A stretch of 64,000 bases of DNA, taken from the NCBI GenBank assembly GCA_002633005.1, contig NMRA01000549.1, forward strand, positions 59,123-123,122, written 5' to 3'. Both the position numbers and the translations under genes were made by a program. Source of the DNA: Phoronis australis (lineage: Eukaryota > Animalia > Phoronida). Of this stretch, positions 37,519 through 50,867 are shown piece by piece. The notes under the pieces were generated by a model. It was given only the letters and a program-made list of their open reading frames with translations, did not search any database and was not told where the DNA came from. How positions within the stretch are numbered: position 1 is the stretch's first letter; the number at the start of each line of letters is the position of its first letter.

Positions 37519-37868
37519 ATTCCTACGTCAAGATCGTCATTAATCAGCCCAACCGCATAGAGTATGTGGCTACCACAGCTGTTCTAAAAGGTCAGGAGAA
37601 CCCCGTGTTCAAAGAAACCGTCTTCTTGAGTATTTCTCCCAAAATATCGGACCTGAAATACACCAGGGTGACCCTGACAATTATGAGCAAGACTAAGGTA
37701 CGCCTTCATAACGCTATCGGTCAAGTGATACTTGGATACATGTCAACGGAAGAGGCCGAGATCGATCATTGGAACTGCATCTTACAGAACCCGGGACAAG
37801 TTGTCAGTTGGCAGCACACGATTATGGAGCCGGAGAAGTCACAGTCTGTTGAACTTGTTAACTACTAA
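37519..37868 (+). CDS. Synaptotagmin-like gene, terminal exon (rest of C2B domain)
   Basis: Acceptor tttgttttcag|. Peptide DSYVKI...ENPVFKETV...IGQVILG...DHWNCILQNPGQVVSWQHTI is the typical synaptotagmin C2B C-terminus. Stop TAA at 37866-37868. Confidence 0.88.
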
Positions 37869-38574
37869 CGTGTTAATTGTAGATAAGAAGGTTGGATGGC
37901 TCCTCTAACTTTCTCCCTGCGAACTCACGTGAGATGGAGACGTTTCCATTCTAATTATTATACGATTTCAACACATTGAACCACCAGAGGACAATATTTC
38001 GGAGCAATCACTTCTCCTTATCGCATATACGTGATGATACGACCGTGCAGTAACTGTGTTATCCAACGGTAAAATACAGAATATACTGCTTTTTCATAAC
38101 TCAGGTGTCGTAACTACCATTGCTGCTCATTACAGTTCTGGCAACATAGCTAGAAATTACGATAATTACTTTTTACGGCGAATCTGTATGTATAGTCTCC
38201 AATGTATTGCCATCTCTACACAAGTGTTATTGTCACACATGCAAAATGAAATACTGAAGAATAGCAAAGCCCAAGATGAGGCCAAATGGTACTCCAATAG
38301 ACGTAAATGTATTTTTGCTTTAAAAAATGGGCTAAATTTTTTTAAAAAGTACGCGAAGTGAACATTTTAAAAAAGCTACTTAAGCGACATCGATTGACCA
38401 GTAATGGATTCATTGCTATGCTAAGCAACATTCTTATACTTTCAAGTAGAAGATATATAACGAAAACAGCTAAATTTTATGCACTTGTTATTCATGTAGT
38501 TGAATTTTACATGCACGATTTCGGACTTGCGTTACGCTGACACTTAGTGTCGTCTGCTAACAGCAAGCTATAAG

Positions 38575-38983
38575 CAAACGGGACCTAGTCGCTCAATAAC
38601 TTCTTGCTCTTGCGACATGGTGTGAACGGGTCCGACAGCATTAGACTTCTCGGGGGAAAACAACTGAACTGAGTTGATCTGTTTTAAACATGCAATATGA
38701 ACTCAAGTTTTGAAATTTATTATTTTCATGTTGCATGATTCTTTCAGTCTTCATTACTAAAATTAGCAATTTTCAGTGCATCATTCGTCGTCTCATGTGC
38801 ATGTGAGTTGTTTGAGACTTGACACTAACAGCTTTTCATTTCAAGTAGTAAGAGCCGCGGACGACGCCAGGATGAACGAGTTTGTGATCTGTTTTTAAAT
38901 CAAAATACGTCACATGTCATACCTCGTCAGCTCGCTAACTTGTCCCAAGTGCAAGAAGTTATTGAGAGACTGGGTCGCGTTTG
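38575..38983. mobile_element. MITE-like element with ~45-bp imperfect inverted termini
   Basis: caaacgggacctagtcgctcaataacttcttgctcttgcgaca versus tgtcccaagtgcaagaagttattgagagactgggtcgcgtttg. Confidence 0.6.
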
Positions 38984-39189
38984 TCAAATCCGTCTCCGTC
39001 ATTATCACCGTTTTGGGTGTCTGAAAAACAACACATTGAGCTCAGTGAAAGTCAATAATTGTGTAATAAGTATCACTTAGAAAGTGTACTTCTCAAATCA
39101 TGGCGGCATGGTTCGGAGTCTAATTTTTTGACTCAAAATCTAAAACAAGATTATTTTTAACATTTTCCGCAATCGTTTAATATGAACTT

Positions 39190-39190
39190 T

Positions 39191-39222
<32 letters not shown>

Positions 39223-39238
39223 TTCTTCTTCTTCTTCT
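39190..39238. repeat. (TTC)n microsatellite
   Basis: Directly visible. Confidence 0.95.
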
Positions 39239-39245
39239 GCATTTC

Positions 39246-39373
39246 ACACTCGTCTCAGATTGATGACATGGGCAAAACTTCTTAGAAATTTAGTCAAAAT
39301 CCCTCTGCAAGCCTCAGGATTTTGACGAAATTTCCAAGAGGTTTTGCCCATGTCATCAACCTGAGATTCGTGT
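39246..39373. repeat. ~128-bp near-perfect foldback hairpin (MITE core-like)
   Basis: tctcagattgatgacatgggcaaaacttcttagaaatttagtcaaaatcc / ggattttgacgaaatttccaagaggttttgcccatgtcatcaacctgaga. Confidence 0.8.
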
Positions 39374-40449
39374 AGGATTCTCTATATCTGAAATAGCGGA
39401 TTGTGAGCCTGCTATCGTAGTCACGGAAATAGTTCCATGAGCGGCTACCAATGGCCCTGTTCTATTAAACTGAGGGAGAGAGTACGTTAATGTGAATGCA
39501 CATACAGTAATTTCACGTTTTTGATTTCTGTTGCATACTCGTTTACAATATTACTCTGTGTAACGATGAGATACTTTTCAGTTAACAGTTTGTTTTTTAA
39601 ACTGTATTTACTGAACAAAATTATATATTCGTGGGTTCCTCGCACTCTCCCCAAAATGCTTGAATCTGTCATTCACTGAAGAGTAGAGGAGACGAAAGCA
39701 CTCTACCTGAAAGAAAATTTGTGACGTTTAGGCCATGGGCCGTAGGTCACTGGAGTTCTAGAAAACCACTTCTGTGACCACTTTAGGGGGGCAATTTATT
39801 TCAGGTGTTTTTGATGTCACAAATCATTGTACTATATAAGTGAAAAAAGTTCCCGCGTTTAAACTTGCACATTTTTGTGAAATTTGATGTTAAAATTGTG
39901 CCAATTCAGCAAATTCTACATGGAATTTAAAAAGTTAGACAAGAAAATTAAGTGTCCATAAAGGATGATACTGCAGATAATATTCCTACAGGCCGTATTA
40001 AGTCATAATTTACACATACTTTGTTATATTTTTCGCATCAAAAAAGCAGAATTATGGAAGAAATATGAATTTATGGGTGCCATCTGTTGGCTTTATGCTG
40101 TTTTTACTGTTGGTAAAACTATAATTATCAAACTGACTATGTCTTACCTTTACTTTATCAAACATTTACTAATCAGTCATACAAAAGCAATCATTGCTAC
40201 AAGTCCAAAGCATACAATTTGTCAAAAAATGGAGACAAAAAGTATAGAATAACAACAAAAGCAATTGGATGAAGTACAAAAGGCCGAGAAATTAACAAGA
40301 TAAAAATCCATTACTAGAGACGTAAATATGAAAATAGAAAAATATTTACAAATCACCAGGCTCACTGTGCCAGTTACTTGCCAGGTTTCTGTCTCTTGAG
40401 AAGATGTCTTTCCAAGTTCCTTCGACTCTCACTCAATTTCGTCACTCAC

Positions 40450-40520
40450 CTTGACATTCTCATAATTTTGGCAGTTGCACATTTCAGTGCATTTTAGTCC
40501 AGCATTTACACAAATGTTTG
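40450..40520 (-). mobile_element. CXC/Cys-rich C-terminal fragment of a decayed DNA transposon (Academ-like), within a probable ~39.7-43.0-kb repeat
   Basis: The - strand reads ICVNAGLKCTEMCNCQNYENV, the C.C...GL.CT..C.C..C.N pattern. Element ends are not confidently found. Confidence 0.4.
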
Positions 40521-43156
40521 TTTAACAACAATTCACTCTTACTCCGTTTTGGACTAAGGCATTGTAGAATAGGGTAGATTTCTCTAATTTCGATTTCAGA
40601 TTTCCAGTTCGGACACATACATGACAACCTCTTTTGGACAAAGTTTCCTCGAGGAGTAACTGTTACTTTAACAGAGTCAAATTAATGCAATATTTCCCCA
40701 TGCGATGTTCGTTGCTCCACAACTTCAAAGCAAAACTCTTGAAATACGTCTGTGAAAATTTCACTGCTTTCACTATCGTCAGATTTCTCTTATTTCAGTG
40801 GTCATGTGAAGCTTTTGTAGCAAGAACAATAGTATTTGGCTTCAATTGCTATTAGACCTCTTCCTATTTATCTGATCAAAAGGTCCATGTAGCAGCATCC
40901 AAAATCAACACACCTACAATCAAGCAAATTGAAAATGAAAACCGTGGTCAGAGTTTAAAAGTATGCAAAGCATTGTACGCCTGCCCTACAAAACGATAAA
41001 TGTTGACATGTACTCAATTCTTTATTACAATAACCGAATGGAAGCACAAAGAACGATCAAAAGACAGATAGAAAACACTCGAACTAAGACGTGCATATAT
41101 AAGACCTAGCCGGCTGTGCTCAGAAGTGAAAAAGATACCCATGGGTTTGTATGCAAAATGGTCTTGAAGACAAATTTTTGTTTGAAAATTAACATACAAT
41201 TTCAGATATTCACACACGTTTTTACATTCATGCAAGTATTCTAAATTGTACTTTCCCTAAAATAAATGTTGTTATTTCAAATAACACAGCATAAAAGTGA
41301 AACTTTTGAAGATAGTGCTCCAAAAACACAGCACAAAATTAATTTCTAAGCAAACCATCAAACTATGTTGAATGAGTAAAAACTCAATAAAAATGACTGT
41401 TCTCAAAATATTTGCTATGTGCTTTGTTATTCCTCAACCATATATGTGAAGCTGCACCTACATCTGAAATTCAGGCACCTATGCGCCTTTTAGCAAAACC
41501 TGTGAGTAAAAGTAAGCTTGAAAATGTAAAGGTGGTGCTCCAGAAATAGGTGCATTCTGTAGTCAATATTTACATTGATGGGCAATCAGCTGGGCCCAGG
41601 GTGTAATTATATCCAAACTAACCATCCACACTGCACAATTCAAGTGAATTTACTCGAATTGTAGCATGCACTTAGTCAATTTTCTGGCTGAGCTTTGAGT
41701 ATGAAGACTTCCTCTCCCCCCACCCTGGACATTATAAAAAGTCTAATTTTGATAGATATCTTACATCATACCCAGCGTTATGGTTACTGGGAAAAGAACA
41801 ATGTACACAGAAGAAAATGTTCATTTTGTTATTGGGTTATGTGTCCTACCTGCATTTGAATGCCATCACACGGGCCTGTTATTTCGCAACTCCACCATTT
41901 TTCAACCGAATTGCGTAAGAGTCATATCATTGGAAGCTCTTCATCGGTTCTTGATGGTGTATGATTATACCAGAAGCAAACAAAAATAATTCAATTCATA
42001 AGATTTATCATTTCACATAGGACCTGACAAGTTTAAAAATTTTATTTAAGCTATAAACCAAGAGTGTTACAAAAATGCGAAAATAAGCTATAATAGCAAC
42101 ATTAAAAGGAAATGAACCAGAGAGGCTTTATAAATGATTAATTAAATCAGCAGGGAAATAATGTCAATGATTGAAAAGATTTCTGTCTTGTCAAGACCCA
42201 TATTTTACAAAATGGAAACTCACAGTTGCTGAGAGGAATTTAAGTTAGACATTCCTCCAAAATTTTACATCTTATCATATTAAAGTCACTGTCTACTTTC
42301 GTTACCAAAAGATTCTTTTTTAAATAACTTTTCAAATATTAAAAGTAAACCCATATGACAATATATTTTTAAAATCCTTGAAAATCAGGTAGTCTCATTT
42401 TGTGTATGAAAACAGTGCTCAGAGGTTCGTTATCACGTGACTGCATTTTTGTAAAAAATCTCAATTTTTCGCGGAGCTCGCTGTATTTTCCACAAATTCG
42501 TTGTTTTTGTTCAAAAGTTGCGAATTCTGTTTCTTTGTTTTACTAACTGGGAAATTCCATGATAAGGTCAGCCTAGAGACAAAAATTAAAATTGTGACTA
42601 TACTAACATTTCTGATCTCAAAAAAGTCCAGTCTTTCTAGTTTCAGGACCATATTTGTCTGTTCCCAAACGGACCCTTTTTTGTTCGTCACTTGACCCTA
42701 AAAATAGCTCGATTTTTGTGTGTGTTGCTAATTATTGTTATAAAAAAGCTAATTGTGTGTATTTCGCTTTATTATCTAATTTGAGCAATACACGAAGCCC
42801 AAACTTTATAAAAAATAACCTTTCAACTGTGGCATATCATCGACCTCTTGGGGTCAAAGGTCAACTCCTGGGTATCAGTCCGTCTGTCTCAAAAATTGCT
42901 AAAAAATTTGGTTATATTAAAAGTTTTCAATCAAGACTAAAATAATTTCAGATTCTCTTTTAACTAGTTACCAAAATTAAGATCCCAGGGATCATTCGTT
43001 AAGTCAGAAATTTCGTGACAGACGTACCTTCCGTCACTCCCATGAACTAACAATTGCAGCCAATAAATATAATCTTAGGTCTTATTTTACCTTCTAAAGT
43101 TGCAGAAGATAAAATGTATCTCCCACCGAAGGACCTTAAAAAATTAAATATTTCAA

Positions 43157-44023
43157 AGGCAGATATGAAATCTAGTAAAGACTTTGCCACAGATGCATTG
43201 AACTTTTTCAATTTGAAAAGTATTTGCTGAAAGTTATAGTGTGAGCTCACACGGCCTCGCGGTGTCCCGTCAATTAGTTTTATTGCACCTAAAGCCGGTA
43301 ACTCAGTGATTTATTCATTGCTGGCATCTCAAATCATTTCGTGCACTCCAAAGGCATTACAAATTTTATCTAATGAGACAGACTTTGTTTCAGTTTTATA
43401 TAAGTATTGGTTAGGGTGAGAATAATTCATTTTGAAACAGAACGCTCAGTAATAAACGCCAACATGGCAACTCGCCATGCCGACTTAGGACGAGCTAGAG
43501 CGGCTAATCAATCCCGACTTTGCAGGTGGATCGTTAAGTTTTACAGGCTATCAATTCGAACAGGAATACAGTGATGAAGAAATACTAGAGAGGCGCCGTG
43601 AACAAGCTCATACAACGGAACGTATGGAGTTATTTGGTAAGCCGTGAGACACTGTCGACGTCGTCTGCAGGCCACAGACACAGAGATGTTTCACGGCCTC
43701 ATACTTGCTATTTACAGCGTACATTTTATTCTTCACTACCATGAGCCACTTTCTAAGCATTTTGGACTCTCGAAGAAGTAAAAAAAACGATATACTCGCT
43801 TTCCTCGCGGCTGCTTAGTTCGGACAAACGGGAACGATACACCGCAACATAGCGGCATTCACTCTGCATATGAACCACTGACGTCGCTAGCGTCTTTTCT
43901 CACCTTCCTCACAGGTTAACGCGACACCTCTTGGCAAGGTAAGGTCGACCGTATGCAAGGCGATGAGGAAATAGACCGATTAAGACGGCAAAAAAGACTA
44001 ATTAAATCGGGTGGCATTCGCCT
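43157..44023. mobile_element. Internally deleted Kolobok-like transposon (THAP start on -, KolX-like start on +)
   Basis: Right end ...ttcgcct|TTAA; probable left end tcaa|aggc. The - strand from 43850 gives MLRCIVPVCPN*...ISFFYF...LRKWL...KHLCVCGL (THAP). The + strand at 43546-43608 gives GYQFEQEYSDEEILERRREQA. Confidence 0.55.
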
Positions 44024-45154
44024 TTAAGTTGTTAAAATCAGAAAGTTGGACCACATCGTAAAATGTAAATAAAACAAATTGTTAATCTTATGAATTTATT
44101 GTTTTTTTGTTGCTGTCCCGTGTTTGTAAAGAATTTCTTAGCTTCTGGAAAATTCAATTTTAAGTGGTACCAACCTGTGACCTACTTCATGGAGCATTTT
44201 TGTCACACTTTCACTGACCGTGGTCACTCTTGTTGTGTTTTTCAGTGTCTTGGGTGGCTTGTATGAAATGATTTCATAACAAGTGATTACATTGTCGTAT
44301 GTTACATATTTTTGACAAAACAAGAACCTTGATCTCGCAATCTTTTCAAGAATTTGACTATTTTTTTCTGCTGACCATACAGGAGATTAAACTGGTGTTT
44401 AGAAACGAAAGAGAAAATTGTTGGAGACCACGGGATGAACATGTGCATTTGGGAGAAGATTGAGTATCTGAGGGAATATTCTCTGAAACTAGAACAAATG
44501 CAGTCGTGGATCAAGAAATTGATATTGTACCTGCGTGAACGTGATATGTCATTACAGCTCTCGTTAAAATTAAAGAGTATACATGAGTTAAAAAGCTGGA
44601 TAAACAGCTAATCAAGATAATCACTAAATAAAGACCAGCATCTGATAAGTTTATTAGCTCCACATATTCCTAAATCATAATCAATCTTAAATGTAATAAA
44701 ATTTTATTTTAATGTCTTGTTTTCACACTGGAAGACAGTACCGATGTTTTGAATCGACCTATGAATGCTGTAGTCGATGCTGTCAACTAAACCATGCTGA
44801 ACCAATTGTCTGCTTAACACTTAGTTATAAGAAGATACTAAAGTCCTGATTCTAATTCTTTTAAAACATCACCTTTTTATTTTACATGGGCGTGCATATA
44901 AAAATCATCAACGTCATGGCCCAGAGATTAAGCTTGTACAAGGTTAGGGCGAGTTCTAATTTAAAAAACAAATTATAACAATGATGAGTAGTAATGTTAT
45001 CAACTTTATTTCACATTTTATGTTTTGACAGTTGCAGTTACTTTCTAGGTTCGAATTAGTATTCTAACTTTACATATAAAAACAACTTTCCTGATAGCCA
45101 ACAGGTGTCAATTACAATATGATTATCACCCTCATTCCCATCTATATTGTTTAA

Positions 45155-46433
45155 AGGCGAAGGCAACTTTTTTCATGTCATTTTTAGCAAAAATAAGGTT
45201 CGTTGATAATCCCAGACATATTTTTCACATATTTACTTAATTAATTACTCGTCGTCTACTCCGGAAGTGACGTTTTGGGAGGCAAGAATTTCGCGACAAT
45301 TTCTTTTCATATAGTCTGACTGTGAGAGCAGTCGAGTCAGTCATTGTTCTACCTCGGTTGTGATAAATTCGGTCGTCGTTTGCTTTTGCTTACGAGTTAG
45401 TCAACATGCCACGCTGTTGCTGCGTACTGGGGTGTACTCATTATCGTCTCACGTACATAGGAAGAACTGTCCCACTTGCCCGAGTGTCCCGCGACACACT
45501 CCCACTGAAGGGTGATCTGAGCACCCAAACTGTTTACATCCCGCCGTGTGACTCCCTCGCCACACACCTGGCACCTTCCAAATAGCTCCAATACAAGTCC
45601 ACAATAAACTTATCAATCTTAGGCTCACCGATCTGTTCACTGGATGACGAACTGTCCTCTTCACTGGGTGTCGAACTGGGCCTGTATTCACTCCCACTAC
45701 TCAACATCGCTGCAGGGCTGCTTACAGGCTCTGGGCTAGAGACAACAGCACAGGGCGAATCACTAGTTCCCGGAATTGCACTCAATGGGGGTACGTTCGG
45801 AGGCACGGGTGACAGTAGATGAAGTGTCTCCAGTCACTGTATATAGTGGCCACAGCTCGCGAGGCTTCTCACTTCAAAAACGCACCTCTCGGGGTTGGCG
45901 ACGGGGCACTGCCGGTAATCAACAGCGACGGTATGGTACCCTTCTTCAAGCGTTGTTTCGCAGGGACCTTCATCAATTCAGCGTACATATCTGTCATAAT
46001 CTGACGGCAGAAAATGCTTGCCACACATTCGATAACCCTCAACTGCTTTGTACGTTGCTTGGACGGATAGCGCTGCGTTCTTCAGATGAACGAGCTAGCC
46101 AAGTGCGGCGAAGTGTGTCATCCTTCGGAAAGCGACGCCAGGTACCCAAAGCCCGTGTGAGACGATAATGAGTACATCCCCGCACGCAGTAACAGCATTG
46201 CATGTTGACTGACTTGTAAACAAAAGCAAACGAAGGCCGAACTTATCACAACCGAGGTGGAACAATGATTGAAAATGGCGTGAAACTCTTGCCTCACAAA
46301 ACGTCACTTCCGGATTACAGGACGAGAAACTAATCAAATTATGAAAAGATGTAATTAAGTGAAAAATATGTCTGGGATAATCAACGAACCTTATTTTTGC
46401 TAAAAGTGACATGAAAAAAGGTTGCTTTCGCCT
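45155..46433 (-). mobile_element. Non-autonomous Kolobok transposon with TTAA TSD, long inverted ends and THAP/transposase remnant
   Basis: TTAA|aggcgaaggcaac...gttgctttcgcct|TTAA, with ~90 bp near-identical inverted ends. Frameshifted THAP on - from 46203 (CVRGC...RRFPKDDTLRRTW...MCGKHFLPSDY...RLKKGTIPSL), then CQVC...GAQITLQWECVAGHSGKWDSS (transposase N-terminal Zn motif). Confidence 0.85.
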
Positions 46434-46789
46434 TTAACATCTTCGAAGAGAAGTGAGGATTTTAGGAAGGGGTTTATATCTTTAATCAATTGAAAAGTTA
46501 AAATCATTGAGTACATTCCCAGCATTGGCTTACTCGAATGACTTCGTGCAAAAGGTCAGTCTGTGTATTTTGATTTGAAAAACATTGAATCAATAGCAAA
46601 AGACCAATATAGCTTAAATGCTGCAAAAGTTTGAATGAGACTGAATTGATATCTTAGTCACAACAAACAATTTAATACTAGTAATTCAGAGCGTACGTCC
46701 GTCACCTACGTCCGTCACACTCAACTTAATTGAACACTTCTGACGAAGATTTCTTAGAAGATATCATCAAAAAATAGTGTGTTTTATTT

Positions 46790-47230
46790 TTCAAACATTC
46801 CACGAATTCATCATATTTCCAAAAGAATTGACAAGAGTCCATTATAGACCGATATTTAAGGGCGTTCCAAGAATTCCTGAAAATTTCAGAATTCCCCTCA
46901 AGCAAGTCACATCCAAAATATTCGAAGAAATATTACACCAGCGACTTCAAAAATGGTCGGAGAGAGAAAACGTAATTTGTATGTGTCAAGCTGCGTTTAG
47001 GAATGGCCACAGTACGGTGGATCACATGTCTGCTTTATATACTTTAATAATCAAATCAAGGTAAGAAGTACAGGATAATCAAAGCAATATACGCGGAAGT
47101 AAACGCGTGCGTGGGATTGAATAATGGGAGCTATACGGAATTCTTCGATTGTCAGAACGGTCTAAGGAAAGGCTCTCAGCTATCAACGTTTTTGTTTATT
47201 TTATTTTATTTTGTTTTATTCATAAATGAT
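46790..47230 (+). mobile_element. Decayed non-LTR retrotransposon RT fragment
   Basis: FPKEL...PIFKG...ENFR...QAAFRNGHSTVDHMSALYTLI, and GLRKGSQLSTFLF...FIND. Confidence 0.65.
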
Positions 47231-47401
47231 TAAGAGCAAGAATTGAAACCCGGTGGTGGTGAAGAAATTTCCATGGGATCAGCTGAATTTTGGAATCATT
47301 AGCGGATTGTTCGAAAAAACCCATCAACCTTGAATGGCCAATGCAACCGTGTAATTACCCATTTAGTTATTAAACGGCGTTAGATAACATTTTGGCGGGA
47401 A

Positions 47402-47470
47402 ACCGAGGCCGGTTTCGCACCCGATCCGCAAGAGTTTCGAGTCGTCGACTTTACCATTGCACCACTCAGC
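47402..47470 (-). pseudogene. tRNA-like sequence (decayed tRNA or SINE head)
   Basis: The - strand reads gctgagTGGTGCAATGGtaaagtcgacgactcgaaactc...GGTGCGAAACCggcctcggt. A/B-box-like motifs are present but the stems are imperfect. Confidence 0.4.
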
Positions 47471-48919
47471 GGCTGACGTCATCGAATGTGAAAATAGAAT
47501 ACTTAAATGAGCACGCGCAACAATCGCACGTTCAACAAAGGGCATTCTACCGTCATTTATACGCTATGAAAAATAAGACGCATAATTTCCATAAGAACGA
47601 TATTTTAATTCAGTGAAATTTATCTCTCATTTTCTCTCACTTGTAAATCACCGAACTCCAATTTGAATACGGGTATCGTGTCGTCGCGATCCTTCGACTT
47701 GAGCATTATTCTCAGTCACCAGTGGTAACTTATTTTAGCGGACGAAATTTTCTCGGTCGAAGCTTTGCGTGATAAACTGTGTAGTAAGCTATAATAGATG
47801 CTAAACCTGAATTGTTTACATTTTCTATTGGTTTTGAGTAAAAGCAATATTTGACAAAAATAGCTCGGCTTTTCTAAAAGGTCACCACCTCCGATCCCGG
47901 GCCTCTGACATAGAAAGCAGTTACAAAGCCGAGGCGAGTCGAGAAAGGTAGATCGACTCATTGCAATGTTTCTCGTTGACGCCCTTCGGGTGATAATTCT
48001 CCAAAATCCACGAGGGCTAGATAAGGAGGATAACGACTGAGAACATGTAACAATTTATATGTACATGTATCTGAAAACTGAAAGCTTGATACAAAACCCG
48101 AACAGCCGGAAACCATCATGATTACAACGTTTTTGGTTGATATGTCGTGTGTGAACTTACCGTATACTAGTATAAAATTTCTAGCTCGTTCAAGGTGTCT
48201 CAACTGGGAAGAGGCAAGTTGTCGTGTTTTTGAGAATTATTGATACAAAAGTTGGGTCACAAGCTAGATTCTATTCATTCAGCAAGGTTTCATGTTACGC
48301 TAAGTTCAGTCTTGTGTATTAAGATGGTCTGTGTACACCTAGCACGGGGTATACTGTCAAACTGAATCCGCTATTTATGCATGGAGATACACCCTCAGCG
48401 TATCATTAGGTTTGTTCATTATTACTATACATGTAGACCACGTGGGGTCGCTACCGTCGACTGCGTGAAGCTACTTACTTATTCATCGCTGAACAGTTAA
48501 TCCAAATTGTTATACTATTTATGATAGATTTGACTTGTAATTTGAATGTTAAAGTTTCAAATAATGCATCATGCATGTATCTCAGTTTCTATATCTTGTT
48601 TGTCTAAGTTTGTTTAACCTTTTATCTGTTTATCTTATACCCATCCCTTGTGTATGTTTTCATTCGCGCTATTTTATTGACCAACATCACTGGACCAATC
48701 AAAGAAAAACACATGTAAATAACCAATTATAGCCATGGCCATAAACCAGTTATCTGCTGGCCCAGCTCTTGATCTTGATCCTCTATTATCTGGTAATGAG
48801 GCGAAATTGCAATGGACTTTTGTCGCATATACAAGTCCCTTGATTGCGGAACAGACGCTACAATTACCAACTCCCAGTTTTTGTACAGAAGGGGTTAAAC
48901 ACTTTCTTGATTAAGTTTA

Positions 48920-50650
48920 ACTATGTCAAGTATTAACATTCGATAACTTAGCGCACAATTCACTCAATTCGAATCATTCCTACACAGCATCCACCCTAAA
49001 TGAATTGTATTTCGATGTCATCTTAATACACGAATCATGGTTAACCACAACCAGCTGCCTTTCAGTCTTTCAAATTGATGGCTACATAATGTACTTCAAA
49101 CCTGCATCTGCTTTGTGTTCAACACACGTAAATGATAATCTTCCTGTCAATAAAGTTCAAGCTCTTGATACTTACACTATGTTCGAAGGCCTACTCTTTT
49201 TATCTCTATTACAATAAAATCATCTGCGTCGGTAACTTTTACAGACCGCTGGCTTCACATGTTGGAACCTTTAACTTTTTTCTTGAAGCGTCTGTCCCAC
49301 CATCGAAAACTTTCAAAATCACCGTAAAACACTGATTTTATTTGGAGATTACAACTTAAAACTTGTAGAGATACAAACAAGCAATTCACACTGGTATATT
49401 TCCAGATGCTCTTAAGATCGCTAAAGTAATCCCCGTTTATAAACAACATTGTTTGGACCCAGAGCACCCTGGAAATTATAGACCCATTTCTATTCTCCCA
49501 CCAACCTCAAAAATTATAGAAAAAACTATCCATACACAACTTTCAACTTTCCCTCAACTTTCCTATATGAAAATGATATTTTTATAAACATCAATATGGT
49601 TTCAGGAAATGTCACTCTGCAGAACTTGCTTGGCTTGAACTTTTAGACTGCATTTGTTCCCTTCTTGATAACGACATGAATCCTCTGCACATCTTTCTCG
49701 ATCTCTCTAAAGTTTTCGACACAATAGACCACCAAATACTCTTACAAAAGATGAATCACTATGGTATTACTGGAGTTAAATATACATAAACCGTACCCAA
49801 TATGTTTCACAAAAGGATACAACTTTCAGTTGCTTTCCAATTTCTACCGGTTTTCCCAAGATTCTGTCCTTTTCTTCTTAATTTCCATCAATGATCTCCC
49901 GTATTCTTCTCCCAAGGACACACTTCTTTATGCTGACGACATGTCTCGTCACAACTTACACAATGATTGAATTTTCCAAAACACACTTTACAGCAATCAG
50001 CCAGCATCAACAACAACCTTAAATCTATTTCAGTCTCACTGGTTTTCCATGAACAAACTTTCAATTAATACATCAAAAAGTAAATTAATGATCTTCTACC
50101 ACCCCCAAAAGGAAATTGAAAAATGTATTATCCCCACCATTTATATAAATAGCAAAATAATCTATCTGCCATGTGGACAGTTTCCCGTACCTTGGTGTTA
50201 CCGTTGACAAAAATCTGTCATGGTCCCCCACATAAACCTCATTTCAACCAAACTTAACAATCTTGGTAGACTCATATATAAATTCAAATCCTACCTTCCT
50301 CTCCTAGCTCTGAAGTTAATATATAATTCCCTTGTCCCCTTACTACAGCATTGCAACTTAGGGTTTCGGTAACACTAAGAAACTCAAGACAGTCCAGAAA
50401 AGAATCCTTCGGAATACATCAAATTCCAGTTATAATGCTCACACTCTGCCCATATGTAAGGAACTTCGACTCAACTGCAAAAGTTCACTACTAATTCCTC
50501 AATAATCAGCTTCCTACGTATTTTTACACTGACAACTTCTTTAGTAGACCCATCCAATATACATGTAAACTAAACAGACACATTAAAAACTCCTACATGT
50601 CTGAATCAATACTCAGCTGCTATTCCGACAATACAACCCAAAAATTTAAT
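48920..50650 (+). mobile_element. Decayed CR1/L2-group LINE ORF2 (EN + RT, internally deleted)
   Basis: EN motifs SINIR, DVILIHESWL and VGNFYRP. RT motifs FPDALKIAKVIPVYK, NYRPISILP, QYGFRKCHS, FLDLSKVFDTIDHQILLQKMNHYGI and YADD. Many frameshifts. Confidence 0.85.
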
Positions 50651-50721
50651 TCCTCCATCCAACAAATTTTCATCGCCTTGATATTCCTCGCCTCGTAAAC
50701 AACAACAACAAAATACCAGTC

Positions 50722-50867
50722 TTTGCTCTCTGCTCTCTTCTCTCTTCTCTCTGCTCTCTGCTCTCTTCTCTCTGCTCTCTTCTCTCTGATCTCTGATCTC
50801 TGCTCTCTGCTCTCTGCTCTCTGCTCTATGCTCTCTGCTCTCTCTCTCTCCCTCCCTCTCTCTCTCT
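50722..50867. repeat. (CTCTG)n/(CT)n microsatellite abutting the N gap at 50868-50967
   Basis: Directly visible. Confidence 0.95.
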
